DNA of 64,000 nucleotides, taken from the NCBI RefSeq assembly GCF_002105155.1, contig NW_019028979.1, forward strand, positions 1,116,001 through 1,180,000. Direction: 5' to 3'. How positions within the stretch are numbered: the stretch's first letter is position 1; the number at the start of each line of letters is the position of its first letter. Below, piece by piece: positions 25,838 through 39,443 of the stretch. The position numbers and the translations under genes were made by a program. This DNA is from Lobosporangium transversale. Taxonomy: Eukaryota. The notes under the pieces were generated by a model. It did not search any database and was not told the origin of the DNA. It saw only the letters and a program-made list of their open reading frames with translations.

Positions 25838-27175
25838 ATGGTCTTCCACAACCCTCAAAATCTACTAGGGAGTTTTGCAGAATGGATGCCTTCATTCTCG
25901 CATCTGATTCAGCTATACTTTATCATCATAACAACTATCGCCTTGCTTGCTGCCACACTTCCTGCCTTGCATGATTCCATACTGCTCTATGGCAAATTAG
26001 ACTTTCCTTCACCAGCAAGTTCTTCGTCTACTGCTCCCCCTAAATCGGCTAAAAAGTCTATTAATCGCTCAGAAACAAAAGTCCATGATCACAGCACGTT
26101 CTTCGCTGTTCTTGGGTCGTTCAAGGTTCCGAAGGCATGGTTCGCACACTTTTATGTCTTCGCCTCGTTCTGGATGATCTATCTTACACTGGATCTCCTA
26201 CTCTACACTTCTTGCTCTTCTGCTTCCATTTCAACTTCACCTTGCCAAATATCTTTTTATTTACCTCAGTTTTTAATCTCTTCATATCATTCATGGAGCT
26301 TCTTGAGATTATTGAACTTGATAGGAATCATGCCTACTCATTACCTACGCAGTAGCATGACGTCTTGGACGCCACCGCCTGAGATTGTAATCGCCATGTT
26401 TTGCTATTGGATTCAGGTCCTTCGGAGATGGTATGAGTCCTGGTTTGTGGAACAGTCTTCTAAGGAAGCCAAGCTTCATCTGGGGCATTATTTTGTCGGT
26501 ATTTCGTTTTATGCTGCTATGGCCCCAGCACTTTGGGTCGATGCATATGAGACCTGGAGCAGATCAACCACCACCGCCATAGCCGAAACAAAAACATTAA
26601 CAAGAATATCATGGATGAATGTAAATCCTTGGTGTTGGATGGGAATGGCTCTGTTCTTGTGGGCGTCTTGGCATCAACACCGATGCCATGTCATCTTAGC
26701 CAACCTCAGACGACCCGAATCACATGAGTGGCTGATGGGCAGCAGAAATAGTGCCGGCAATGGCACTAATAACAACAATAACTTCCAAAAGTACAAGGTG
26801 CCATTTGGAGATTGGTTCGAGTACTTGGTCACGCCACACTATTCGGCCGAAATGGTAATTTATTTTGGACTTTACCTTATGGTATCATCCGCTACCATTT
26901 TTACTATTGATCTACCGTCGTTGCCGATATCATTGCCATCATTATCACGGTCGATTGCAACAGATAATTCGAGATTTAACTCATGGGCTGCTCCAACTAT
27001 GCTCTATGCTTGGATCTGGGTGGTCGTGAACTTGGGTGTTGTGGCCAGAGAAACAGATCAATGGTATCGGTCCCGGTTTGGCGAAGGGTATGCAGGTACG
27101 ATGGTGATGGAAACTAATGGAATGCGACACATCGTGAGGAAACGAAGAGCGATTCTCATTCCCTTTATTTATTAG
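25838..27175 (+). CDS. DFG10: Polyprenol/polyprenal reductase (steroid 5-alpha reductase family, Dfg10/SRD5A3)
   Basis: Motifs LLYGKL, VPKAWFAHFY, QVLRRWYE, HLGHYFVG, QHRCHVILANLR, YKVPFGDWFEYLVTPHYSAE and RRAILIPFIY. The start could be 25838 or 25886. Confidence 0.88.
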   Translation: MVFHNPQNLLGSFAEWMPSFSHLIQLYFIIITTIALLAATLPALHDSILLYGKLDFPSPASSSSTAPPKSAKKSINRSETKVHDHSTFFAVLGSFKVPKAWFAHFYVFASFWMIYLTLDLLLYTSCSSASISTSPCQISFYLPQFLISSYHSWSFLRLLNLIGIMPTHYLRSSMTSWTPPPEIVIAMFCYWIQVLRRWYESWFVEQSSKEAKLHLGHYFVGISFYAAMAPALWVDAYETWSRSTTTAIAETKTLTRISWMNVNPWCWMGMALFLWASWHQHRCHVILANLRRPESHEWLMGSRNSAGNGTNNNNNFQKYKVPFGDWFEYLVTPHYSAEMVIYFGLYLMVSSATIFTIDLPSLPISLPSLSRSIATDNSRFNSWAAPTMLYAWIWVVVNLGVVARETDQWYRSRFGEGYAGTMVMETNGMRHIVRKRRAILIPFIY

Positions 27176-27524
27176 CTTAGAAGGAGGAAGGAAAGAAGTA
27201 AAACAAGGAAAACATCTGTATGTAGGATTGATGTTGAGACAAAGTGTTGTAGTTGATTAGAAGCATACTAGATCAACAAGTGTTTTCAAAGAGATAAGCA
27301 TGACCTGTACAAATATGCAGAGGCAAAATGAAAGTATTGTGATCAGATCATTTCATTCATTAAAAAAAAGTGTTAGGGTGTAGTCAAAGTGATTGTCATT
27401 ATCGTGGCGATTGTAATGTTCGTCTTTTGTGTAATGTTTTTTGTGATTGAGAAAACTCTAAGGGTATTATGAAAAAGAGCGAGTAGTGATTTTTTTTTTT
27501 TTTTTTTTTTAAAAGGGCGTGGTG

Positions 27525-30034
27525 TTATGAATGAGTCTTTTCAGTGGCCAAATTGGAAGGCCCACCGTACTTGTCCTTCCAGATCCATTGATTGCCCATT
27601 AGTTCAGCTCCTTGTGCTGTAGCCATTCGATAGTACTTTGCGGACTTGTACATGTCTTTCTTAACACCCACGCCATGGAAGTAGCACCATGCAAGATCAT
27701 TCTGAGCATCAGGGTCACCCTATTCAACCAAATTTACACAGAGGTTCAAGGAAGTTAGATGTGATTTGCTTTAAAGCATTCGGAAATTACAAATAAGCTC
27801 ACTGTTTATACTTTCTCTCTTACCAAGTTCGCTGCAATCTCGAAATAATAGGCTGCAGTCTTTTTGTTCCTCTCAACTCCCCATCCATGCCGGAAACAGA
27901 TACCAAGTTCATAGATCGCTAGTACTAGTTCACCTTTGGCTGCAGAACTTGCGAACGAGTCTCTCGAGTGAAGGTCGCCGACAGCGTGCTCTGCACTCTT
28001 TTGAAGATACTGGAATGCTAAAACTCGGTTCGCTGTACAGCCCCAGCCATGTCGAACGGACAATCCATACATTAGCATGCCCACTGGATCGCCTAACTCA
28101 GCAGCAATTCGAAAGTAATTTGTAGCTTTGGAGATATCTCCATTCTCATGAAGCTCGATCCCTTGACGGACATAATCTTCTGCCTTTTCGGGCATCGGAT
28201 TTGAAGGTCCCACAGCTTCTTCAGGCCGAACATAGCCATTCGTGGGGAAATGATGAGCAGGATGCATATTAATATTGTTGTTTCCATATCCTCCTGCGCC
28301 AACACCACCCCGGGCAGTTTTTGGGAGTGGATGATGTGTGAAAGTGCCATTTCGACCTATGGTTCGGGGATAGGGACCGCCACTATTGGGGGAAATAGCG
28401 CCTCCACCACGTCCATATTGTGATCTCATGCTTTGAGAGCTCTCGTGACTAGGCCTTGGCTCAAGCTGGTAGTGCTGATCCCGGGAACCAGTCAAGGTTG
28501 AGTAGGACTGATGATTACTAGGATGAAGATGATGGTGAGCCTGTGAACGGTTAAGCTGATGTGACTGTGATTCAAGAGCAATCTGCCGGGTGGATTCTCG
28601 ATGAAGCATACTATCTGCTGATATACTACGTCCGGGCGTCAGGACTTCTCTTGCCCTCACACCATGTAAAGTGTCCTCTGTATTGGATCGCTCTATCCGA
28701 GGTTGGTCATTACTTTGTGATCGAGAGTGTGAATTGACAAAATGGCGTGGCTTTGAATGTTCATAAATAATTGGATGCTGATTTGTAGATGCCAGCGAAG
28801 ATGTAGACTCAGACTTTGTAACCTGAGAACTTCCTTGATGCTGCACCTGCAGTTGTTGTTTTTGGTCTCCATTGGTACCTTTCCTTTGTGCTTCTGAAGC
28901 TGATCCCGATCCAAATCGACTGTGCTGTGAGGCTGAGGGTCCCTCGTGTGGAGCAAAAAGGCTGATATTGGGGATACCAGGTCTTCCCTTGTACGATATA
29001 GAAAGTTGATGAATTGATCGACGATATGAACGTAAAGCTCCAGCTTCGCTATCATCGTCGGTATCATCTTCATCATGCTTACGAGGCGGCTTTTGCTTTA
29101 GCCTTTTCTGGTATTGCAATGCTTGTTGCTGATGCTGGTCGTAATAATCAGCACTGTCGTGATTAGAATCGCCGTCAAACGACAGACAGAGAGACGCCGT
29201 GGGGATGTCCGTCAACAGGGCAGGCAAATCTGCTTGCAAAGGAGCTGTCGGTATAATAGATGGTTGTCCCTGTCGTGGCGGTGAAGCAGGATGAGAGGAT
29301 AAAGCCGGAGACATATTCTGTTTCATTCCGAGTTCGTGCTGTTGTTGATGATGATGGCTAGAAGCTGAAGGTGATGAAGTAGAGCCCGGGAATACAGATT
29401 GTTTCAGAACAGCTCCGCTCTGTCTGTCTCCATGTCCATGAGCAGATCTGTGTGCATACTCTTGATTCTGGCCACCTTGATCCGCCTGATGAGGTAATGA
29501 TGGTGATACAGAGAGCCTTGGTACACATCCACCATAATGTGGCTCTTGTTGGAACTGGTAATGATACGTCTGAACCGAAGTGGATCCTTGCTTACTTGAT
29601 ACTCCAGTTCTATCCCATTGAACGGTTGCATTTTGAGGTTGTTGTCGTGCCTGTGTCTGTATCTGTTGTTGCTGATGTTGCTGATGTTGTTGTGTACTTG
29701 AGCTAGTCTGTCCACGTTTATTCTGCTTGTCCTTCACGGTTGACATAAACCCATTCTTTGGCTCTATGATACCTCTGGCTGGAGGACTGGAAGGAGATAC
29801 AGGTGAAGGCGGAACACCTTTTTTCAGCACAGAGTAAACTTGTTGCTTTTGTTGCGTTTGTTTTTGTTGTTGGTGTTTGTCTTTGCTTTTAGTTAGTAAC
29901 TGTGATGGTGAAGGTGGTAACTGTGTCATAGATAGTCTTCGAAGCGGTGGATCAGGATAGAGTGTGTAGACTTTCGGAGTATATTGATGTTGTACATGTT
30001 GGTGCCGTGAGGCTTCTGCGGTTCTTGCAGCCAT
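27525..30034 (-). CDS. Sel1-like repeat protein (Dsf2/Nif1-like) with long Q/S/H-rich N-terminus
   Basis: Motifs GIELHENG, MLMYGLSVRHGWG, LAIYELGICFRHGWGV, GDPDAQNDLAWCYFHGVGVKKD and GNQWIWKDKY. One intron at ~27823-27720. Confidence 0.82.
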
Positions 30035-31965
30035 TTGGATTGGTTGGATGGGGAGGGTGATTAGGTGATTGATGTTTTTGGCTAAGTGATTCCCACTACT
30101 TTGAATATATTTTGTAATTCAATGGTGATCACTGGTTTGGTTCAATAAATCGGATGATTTACTATGGTGCTACTGCAATAAAATTAAGAATAAATAAGGG
30201 CAAATAGAGCAAGCACCCCTGTGGTCGTTCTGAGGTAATCCTTTGGTGAAGGGAGTGCAGAGACAAAAATCTGTGCGAAAAGGGGATGCGCCTACTACTC
30301 TGTCTATAATCAGTGCAACAAAAAAAAGATACATGTTGGAAGAGCGACAGTCAGTCAGTGCGCACAAAAGAACTTTTTTATACGGACAGGAAAAAAAAAA
30401 AGAAAAGAAAAGGGGACGGATGAATGGACATGTGTTCCATACAACTTTCACATGCTTCCCATGTTTTTTTTAGGTGTGCATTGAATTCCATGTCATCTGA
30501 GAAATGCTCATTATGCCACACCTTCTATTGTGTTTCCTGTCCCGAGATCGTAAACTGAGAAAAAAGGAATTACTGTTGTAGTTGATAGAAGTGACAGCAG
30601 AGTAAGGATGTGTGGAATGCTTAGAAATAATTGTGATATTTTTTTTTTTTTTACTTATAATACAGGAAGAGTGTAGAAAACACAACAGCTATGTTTCTGG
30701 GTATATAGTGAAGAATAAAAATAAAAAAATTAAAGAAAATACAGTGAAAGCAGGAGAATTGAGAGGTGGAAGAGACAACAAGTAAAGGATCGAGTTGCTT
30801 TGGGAAAAAATCTTTGGCCCCTGCCCTTGTTTTTGTCTGTCTTCAGTTCGCATGGACGTCTGAAGAGGAACATTAAAAGGCTGGTTCGAAAACAATTGTA
30901 GCAGAAAATGTTACACTAGTTCATATTTCCAGACTTGGTCTCTTGCAAACCCGCCTCTTTACTCCCTGTCTTAAATTGTGTCAGTCTCGGTGTTACCTTC
31001 CTACTGCAATATCGACAATAAAATATGCCAGCAGTATCTTGATAGATATAGATCTTTCTTCTTCACTCTCGCTCGTATGCTCTCAATCATGCTCTCTCTG
31101 TCTCTCTTTGGTAACCTCTGTCTCCCTTCTTACTTGAATATGATCAATCGGCTTTCTTTGCTTTGCTCAGTTTGGGTGTGTGATCTCTCTTTGTCAGCCT
31201 GAATGTGAATGTAAATGTGCTTTGCCTCTCTTGCTTCGTCCCTTGGTGTGACAATCTGCGCAATTTAGCTTATTTTTAATTGTTTCATACCTTCAGGCAC
31301 ACGCGACCATCCCCATGCACAAACCGCAAAACAGACACAGCTTGACACTATTTTTGTATGCCATCCTAAACCAGGGCAGTGGAGGATGGTCTAGATAGCC
31401 AACAACAATAACTACACAAGTCCAGAACTTCCCTCTCCTGCTTTAGAAAGAAGACATTGGATATATCGTTAAACCACATTCTTCTTCTACTTTTTTTTTT
31501 TGAGTCCCCTACTCCTATATACTCCCTTGGAAAAGGAAGGTGTCAAGCTTCCGACTCTAAATGGCATCATGTCTCTTCTCTTCCATTTTCGCTTTGTCCC
31601 CCTGCATATATAAATATATGTATATTTTAAAATAAAGCTAAACACCCCTGAAATCCAATAGAACAAGGAAGAATATCAGTTGCACCGTCTTTGGACCAGC
31701 CGAGCCTTTATTCTTGTTGGTGCATCCATGAACCCAAAGGCAACGTGGCCCCTTGCAGCCCACATCCGGCCTTTTACTTTGTCCTGGTTTTTGGATATAA
31801 AGCTGGCCTTATCCTCTTGCTGTTTCTCTTTTTCCTTTCTTCATATACAAGACACTGTTACCATTGTAGCTCGATACTCTTCTACCCCTTTTTTATGAGG
31901 AAGTGTTCACTCACGAAAATTGTTCAATAGCCTAATTTATCATAGCAGCATTACCTATTTTAAAA

Positions 31966-33276
31966 ATGTCATGCAATAGTGAAAAGAATACAATTGTTAA
32001 TATTGATACAGTACCGTCGTCGGTCGAAATTGATGAAGACTCTGCCGTTAACAATAACAACAATGGTGAACGAAAGGAGCATGGCACTAAAAGACGTATT
32101 AGCCTTAATCCTGCAAAAGTCGTTATTCAAGGCGCAAATGTTGTCAAAGGAGGAATCTCACAGAGTACGTATAGCCAATGCCTTGAAGGGATAGGGTGGG
32201 AGACGCGTTCTAATTGACGTTCTATCTGTTTGTTTCATCATAGTGGAAAATAACTTGAATGAGGTTGGCGGCAAATTAACCAAAGTTCCTGGTGTCAGTC
32301 AGGGCGTATCGATATTTGCAGACTATCGCAAGTTCCTGGACCGAGGCAATGTGATTGACTTGGCAGTGGCTGTTGTCATCGGTGAGCCAATCTCCCATCT
32401 TTGTAGAGAGCGTCGACTAAGATTCGGCGAATATGTCTAATATTCATGCACATATTGTATATGATGCTTATCTGCGGCAACCTTGCTGACACTAACCTTA
32501 CTTCTATTGTTTTCTTTCCGCTGCAGGTGCTGCCTTCACGGGAGTAAGTTTATATCAATACATGATTTAAAATGCAAGCTGTTTGGATCTTAATATTTAG
32601 TTATTTTCTATGACTGCTACTTTTCGTTCCTTGGCGATGTTTTAGATTGTCGACAGCCTTGTCAAAGATATCATTGCACCTATCCTTGCCCTTGCTTCTG
32701 GTAGGGCGCTTGAAGAGAACTTTGTGATCTTGCGCCGAAATGACTCTTTCCCGAATCCAGATGTAAGAAAACAATGAAGTTTACGTGTTTAAAATGTTAT
32801 ATAAGTCAACAAGTCATAGCTCCTTTCTTACATTCATATAGTATTCAACTAGAGCATCCGTCAAGGCGAGTGATGCCTTATCATGGAACTACGGTAACTT
32901 TATCCAGACAGTAATCAACTTTTTCATCATATCAGCCTGTGTTTTTGTCATCGTCAAATGTATGTGAAGTCCGTGGAATGTGTCAGTTTAGCGATGTATT
33001 TTTTGCATCTTTTGTTTGACTTTACACTAAACTTTATCTGCTTCTTGTTCATGCCTCTGCCCTTCAGTATATCAAATGGGACGCAACACGAAAGTGGCGG
33101 TTACAGAAAAAAAATGCCCCTTTTGTGCAGGATCGATTGATTTTAAGGCTGTAAGGTGCTCTAAGTGCACCAGTTGGCTTGACGATACGTATGCAAGATC
33201 TGAGGTATTATATACTCGTGTATTGGAGAAAAGATCTTCGTCCTCATCAAAAAGTAATGAAAAGGAGGAATGGTAG
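31966..33276 (+). CDS. mscL: MscL-family large-conductance mechanosensitive channel with C-terminal Cys4 zinc-ribbon-like motif, 6 exons
   Basis: Spliced product contains [38 protein letters not shown]...WNYGNFIQTVINFFII...KKCPFCAGSIDFKAVRCSKCTSWL. Exons ~31966-32164, 32244-32381, 32527-32543, 32646-32762, 32842-32959 and 33068-33276. Confidence 0.88.
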
Positions 33277-35152
33277 TCTCAGCCACTACAGAGTATAAGG
33301 GCTTTAAAAGCGAATAAACACAATTATAGATTGCTCTGCCACAATTAAGAAGACGGAAATATGATTAGGGTTCCCCGCTCACTAGGTCTTCGGACCATTC
33401 TCAACTTATAGACCGCTGGTTCTTGCATTCGTAAAGCCCATAAACTCTGTTATTGCTATTGAACACTGCGCTCTGAACGCTTTATTGCAAGATCCTCTCT
33501 CATCCACTCTTCACTTGCTCGCTTGTTCTCTTTCAATATCTACATCAATGAAACAGTAATCTTTTTCTTTTTTTATTATTTCAGTTGCCAATATCAATAT
33601 GGTGGCACTATTTTGGCTACTGTCTGTTGCGTTTAGTACCTGGCCAATTAACGAGTAGATCTTGTACGCATTAGGAGTATACATGTATATGTTGTGTGGA
33701 ATGCAAAGAACAGATGTGATCAATAGCACATGAGGGACAGTAATACTAGAGGAGGCGTTCAAACCTGCACATTCTTGAATGAGAATTTAGGGTGATATGG
33801 AGATAAAAATAAAAGACTTTAAAGATGATGACATAAATGAAAAGGATATATGTAAGAACTATGCATGGTACATGTGGGGAAGGATAGGAGAAGTAGGTAC
33901 CATCTGGATACTCTATTGGTTAGAGCAATGAACATGTGGAGACAGCTATGGTCATGATTCATATTTTTGTACATACATGTGTTCATGCAAAAAGAGGGAA
34001 ATGTCCAATGCTCCCCTTGCATATCTGGTGGCTACTGCCAACAATCAAAGCTTGGCCTGGTCTAAAATTGCAGAACATGTCCAATGATGCACTTGACTAC
34101 GAGTTCTTCAAACAGCTCCTTTGACCTTTACGTCCGCACGTGCCTATTGTAAGACTTTTATAGTCCAAACGTGATTTGCGGAGAGCATCGGCCGAGAAGT
34201 GAGAGCAATAGAGAACAAGCAGCGATTTTTGAGTCCACATGGGTGTATGAGAGGGGAAGAATAAGCGCTGCGAAGTAATCATGGCAGCCAATCAAACCGC
34301 GTTGTCTTCACACGACGCATTTGTCTGCTAAATCCGGTGAATCTGACTTGCTAGCTGTTTTCTTTGAACATTGTCATTGTGTAGGACAAGGGAACAGGAA
34401 CAAAAAAAAAAAAAATAAAAAAAAATAAAAAAATAAAAAATAGCAGCTTTGACCATTGCCTCCAGGTGCCTCAAGAGAAAGGAAAAAAAAAAGATTGAGA
34501 ACTAAACAAGCATCCCAAAAGTATCTCCCAACACACATTCAACCTTTTTTACTCATTTCATCAGTGAATAACTCATATCACAGAAGATATAATTCGGTAA
34601 AACGGCAGCCTCCGTCAGCTCTTTCCATGTCCACTTTACTCGCTTTTTCCCCTTCCAATGCCTATCCTGATTGCTTAACTGACCCCAGAACGTACATGCC
34701 TTGATCATGGACTGGATGCATAGGGGATAATTATGGCTTTTCCGCTTACTTTCTGTCCATCAGGTTTTTTAAGTCACTCATTGACCTGCCATTCTCTCTT
34801 TTTCTCTTTCTCTTCCTTTTCCCATTTAATCTTTCTGTTTCCCTTTCTCTCTTTTCTCCCACTTTACCCTCTCTCTCATTCTTTCTCTCTCTCTATTTCT
34901 TTTCCTCTCTTTTTCTCTTCCTCTCTTCTCTTCTCTTTTCTTTTTCTTCTCCCATTTCCCTTTGTTATTTCTATTTCTTTCTTGATCAACCACGAAGTGC
35001 AAGGCGAAATATCGAACCTCAGTACATACATAGATCGCATAAAACCCATCCATACTATCTTGATATTTATTTTTTTTAAAAAAGCTATTACTTGTCTACT
35101 TGAAAAGTGATCTCAGATCCTTTTCTTTCCACACTTGCCTTGCTCACATACC

Positions 35153-37653
35153 ATGCACCGACCGTGCCCCACATCAACACACAGCTTCGGATATAGGAGC
35201 ACAGCTCCTTCAAATATAAGCAGCGCGGTAGCCATCAGTTCTACCCTTTTCATTGATACACAATCCACTACACCAACAGTGTCCATATCAGGATCAGTAT
35301 TGACATCTGTATCAACATCAACCACATCTTCATCTGCCTGTACATCCATTTCTACTATATCAGTAACGTCTCCCCATCCTCAACCTACAACATTAGAATA
35401 TAAGGACAACGAAGTCGCCTCCAATATTGCTATTCAGACGTCTACCATCATTCCTTTTACCTCTGCAGCAACGGTCATCACATCAACAGCATCTGATACT
35501 ACAAAGCTGACGAGAGCTACGCTCTCTAGTCAAACGTGTATGACCGCCACATCTAGCACTTCATCATCACACTGCGATATCAAGGCAACGGCCGCTCTAG
35601 TACCAGCGCGAGTAGAGACAGCAACGACGACAGGGTCTGAATTTGATATTGTGCACCACAATGTCAAAGATACGTTGCTAATCGTCTCGACGCTTCTCTC
35701 GCTGATGGTGCGTAAGAACGATAGTCAATACAACCCTCATGTAGATCCTATCACTTTATTTCATTCACGCGCTGTTCCTCGGATTTCTATCGAATCATAT
35801 TTGGCAAGAATCCTCCAGTTTATCCCCTTCACAAATGAAGTCCTACTTAATGTATTGGTTTATCTGGATCGAATTGGGGGACTGAGTGGAATGGATATGG
35901 TAGATAAACGTAGTCATACTAGTTATAGTAATCGTAATGATACAGGTAGTGATCACCCAAGCTCCAGCAGCAGAGAGCGAGAGACAGCTGCTGATGGCAC
36001 TTCAGCCAACAATCTTCCAAGAAAATGCGTGGACCTGCCCGCTCAAACTGCAGTAGCTTTCCCTTCATCCACTATGTCGCCATCATCATCACCGCCACCA
36101 TCATTATTACCATCTTCAACTAAACACGTGCAGAGGTGCCCTGATTCCTCTTCTTTTTCCACATCGATTCCATGCCGCTCGACTTCAGCGTACTCCGAAC
36201 CGTTAACGGTACAGAAACATGGCAGAGAGGAAGAGAGTCATTGCTCTCATCCCCAGCAGCAGCAGCACACACCAAGCGTCGATGCAACTCCACAACGCGC
36301 CTTCAAGAAGCTAAAACAAGAACATGTTTCTCCAGAACATCAGCCACCCACGGCTATTGATGTTCAGTGCACACTAGGAGGATCCACACCAGCCCCCACC
36401 CCAATATTGACTGTTGCTTCCAATGGGTTTCGAATTAACAGTTTCAATATTCATCGTCTGCTCATAACCTGTTTGATGGTTGCAGCCAAATTTACTTCGG
36501 ATCTCTTTTATTCAAATGCTCGGTATGCCAAGGTATGTACTATAAAAAGTACAAAAATTCTTAAAACTACAACAAGGAGCCTCACTTGCATATTTCATGT
36601 GTACACGTCCTTCGTTTTCTCGTGTTATTTTGATCCCTCATTTTAATTCTCTTCAATATTATCATAACATATTAAACTCCCCAAGTGGACAGTATTCATA
36701 TAAACAATGTACTTCCGCCTTATCGTCCGTCTTGGCTCTGTGTTCTGTGTGAATCATTCTTCTTTACGATACATCGTCTAGCACTACCCTTTGTCTTTCC
36801 GTTTCCGCCCTAGATTCTTCATTTTGTTTTCGAGACAAAATGGCATGCTTTTCCAGAAAACACAGTCGTGGTAAACTGGCACGAACTGACATTTGTTTGC
36901 TCACATTTCTGTTAAAATTAGGTGGGTGGTCTTAGCTTACTTGAGTTGAATCAATTGGAGCTCGAGTTCTTGTTTACGACCCGGTTTGAGTTGAACGTCA
37001 AGATTGAAGAACTGCAACGCGTCGGTAATGCGCTTTTACGGTTCAAGAGTCGAGAAATGATCCCTGTGCAACAGGCTCAGTTACATGTAGCCAGGCAACA
37101 ACAACTGCATGTTTCGCAAGCGTTGCAGAGAGGGGTTTCTTCGGTGGTTACTGCATCTACCACTACCACTTCTACTACCAGTATCCATAAACCTAGCACA
37201 GCTGCTGCAGGCAGCAGCAAATGTCAAGACGAAAGCCGGATTATGCAGCAGCAGCAGCAGCAAAAAAAAAGTCGTTCCTCCATCCCGTCACCCACAAGTC
37301 CGAAGAATGGACCCATGTCAGACAGGCCTTTGCTGACATCAGTATCATCGCTCTCTTCCGTTTTGCCTTCTTTATCCATGGCCCCTACTGGCATAGAGGC
37401 AGCAACGGTAGCTTCCTCAAGCAATACAGTAACTTCTGGAGAGGGAACAACGACTGTGGTAGTTGCCTCTCGTATCAATACTCAACGTCAGCAGCTGCTT
37501 TCTCCTCCGGAAGAGAAGCAGAGATGGTCTGAGAATGAGGTCCAAATGGCAGAAGAAAGCATCCATGAGCAAGGAAGGGCACTTCAGGGACAGGAAGCCT
37601 CATCCTCCTCGACATCCTCATCTGCATCTATGACTGACTTTTCATCACAGTAA
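35153..37653 (+). CDS. PHO80/PCL-family cyclin
   Basis: ITLFHSRAVPRISIESYLARI...LVYLDRI and INSFNIHRLLITCLMVAAKFTSDLFYSNARYAK|VGGLSLLELNQLELEFL. One intron at 36533-36921. Confidence 0.88.
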
Positions 37654-38046
37654 TCCTATGTTCTTTAACACATCTTCAAGTGTAAATAATACTTTCTATC
37701 TTTCCCCCCCCTAGTTTACGTGCCCGTGCTACACATCCTTCCCGAATAGAATCATGCAGCACACAGTTAATTCAGTTAATTCCTGTATATCATCCTTAAC
37801 ATTCTTCTCCTAATAATACATTACACAACGCGTCTGGCTCCCGTCAGTCTGTTGTGGCTTGAAGACATTGTACTCCGACCTGATTTTGTTTTGAATATAA
37901 AATTTTTTTTGCGCAGAAAATTTTTTCTTTCCTCTCTCATTTTCCATGTCCCTTCTCCCAGGTATGCAAAATAAGACGACGTGTTCCTTTACCAATAATT
38001 GGCTCCAGCTCGTTTCTCCCCCCCCCCTCTTTCTCATTTGCTTTTA

Positions 38047-38128
38047 TGGCCTGGATGATCACCTTTTAAAAAAAATTCAAACTAGAGTTTCTGAAAGCAT
38101 ACATGTTTATAATGCATAATCTGAGCTA
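38047..38128 (+). ncRNA. snR78: Box C/D snoRNA snR78 homolog
   Basis: C-like box TGGATGA. Guide CAAACTAGAGT precedes D' CTGA (38091) and is complementary to LSU ACUCUAGUUUG (yeast Um2421 site). D box CTGA at 38121. Confidence 0.8.
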
Positions 38129-38401
38129 AAAAAAGAAAGAGAAAGAGAGAAAGAGGATAAATGGCAGAGTACTTGACATATTTACCCATATAAATATCAT
38201 GTCTAGCGGCGGCTATCTAACGATGTTTTTGTTGGGTTTTTTATTGTCGCTATGAATTTTAGATGTGTCAACGCATACCTTAAAGTACGAGTAGCTTGTT
38301 ATGGAACTGTCTCGTGCGAGGTGGAACGCAGCTGTCCAGTAAGTTTATCATACATACGATGCTTCTTTTTCCTTTTCAACGTCTCTTGGACCTGTCTTCG
38401 A

Positions 38402-38482
38402 CAACTAGGATGAGACAAAGCAATCAAAGCTGGAATTACCGCCTGAAAAACAGTGTTGATAATTATTGCACCTTACTGAAAT
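38402..38482 (+). ncRNA. snR77: Box C/D snoRNA snR77 homolog
   Basis: C-like box AGGATGA. Guide AGCTGGAATTACCGC precedes CTGA and is complementary to SSU GCGGUAAUUCCAGCU (yeast Um578 site). D box CTGA at 38476; the 3' end is uncertain. Confidence 0.85.
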
Positions 38483-38565
38483 ATTCTCGAAAAGCAGACC
38501 CTTAGAGATCTAAAAAAGAATTTTCAACCGAAAATATGAAATGAATGAGGAAAAAAAGTACTGAT

Positions 38566-38601
<36 letters not shown>

Positions 38602-38768
38602 TTGATCATTGATTGGTACAGGATTGAAACAAACATTGGCGAGAGTCTTGTTGTGATGTCAAGACCACCTTGGTATATGTGGCTTTGTAAGTAAATGTTA
38701 CTTTTTTTTTTTTTTTTTTTTTTTTGCACAAATCCACCATTGCATGGAGAAGAGTGGGTTGATGTATT

Positions 38769-38870
38769 TGCTTGTATGATGAGCCCCTTTGTGGGTATGC
38801 ACTGGGCACTGAAAAAAGTATGTGGTCAAGCATTGATACGGCCTAGAAAACCGTGGACTGAACCAAAGCA
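38769..38870 (+). ncRNA. snR76: Box C/D snoRNA snR76 homolog
   Basis: C box ATGATGA at 38776. Guide GCACTGGGCA precedes CTGA and is complementary to LSU UGCCCAGUGC (yeast Cm2197 site). D box CTGA at 38858. Terminal stem tgctt/aagca. Confidence 0.85.
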
Positions 38871-39082
38871 ATCAATCAACCAATCTTCTCTGAGCATGGG
38901 TGGCTTTTAACTGCATGATGTGTAAGAATAAGTTTGCTAATCGAACGTGATTCTGTACTTTCAGAATATAGATCTCTAGCCGATTCTATTCAATCAGCAC
39001 TGTTTATGAAGGACGACAATTATGGTAATTAATCTATGTTAGTGTTGCCTTTATCTATATTCGTCTTTTTATGTTTCTTTTA

Positions 39083-39201
39083 AAGAAATGATGATACCCA
39101 TATTAGATGACGAGTCTGAATGTTTTGATGCTGAGCGGTTTTCGCGACGCGTCGTTACATGTTGAGACTCTTTTTAAATACCATTCATGCATTTCTGATA
39201 A
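39083..39201 (+). ncRNA. snR75: Box C/D snoRNA snR75 homolog
   Basis: C box ATGATGA at 39088. Guide ATTAGATGACGAG precedes D' CTGA (39116) and is complementary to LSU CUCGUCAUCUAAU (yeast Gm2288 site). A second antisense element CCATTCATGC (LSU GCAUGAAUGG) precedes D box CTGA at 39195. Confidence 0.88.
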
Positions 39202-39443
39202 CTTTAATTTGAAACACAATACGGCATTTGTTAAAGCAAGATAAAGTTTGTAGTCGTTAGACTTTGTTGTTCTTACGCTGACTCTTTTTTAATTGATGCT
39301 TGTGTAGGTTTTTTAGAAATCATCGTATCTGTTCTTTCCATTGACGTTGTTTTCTATTTTAACTGCGATTACTGCCCAGGTAAATATCTAGTTATTGCGT
39401 CCCTATTTTTCACGAACCAAACGAAACAAAGCTATACAGGGAC

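Noticed and set aside
33360..33478. C(UUCG)G hairpin (33385-33396) between ATGATTA and CTGA, with a 9-nt match to LSU AGCGGGGAA
   Set aside because: The C box is poor, the match is short and not correctly placed before a D/D' box; compatible with chance.
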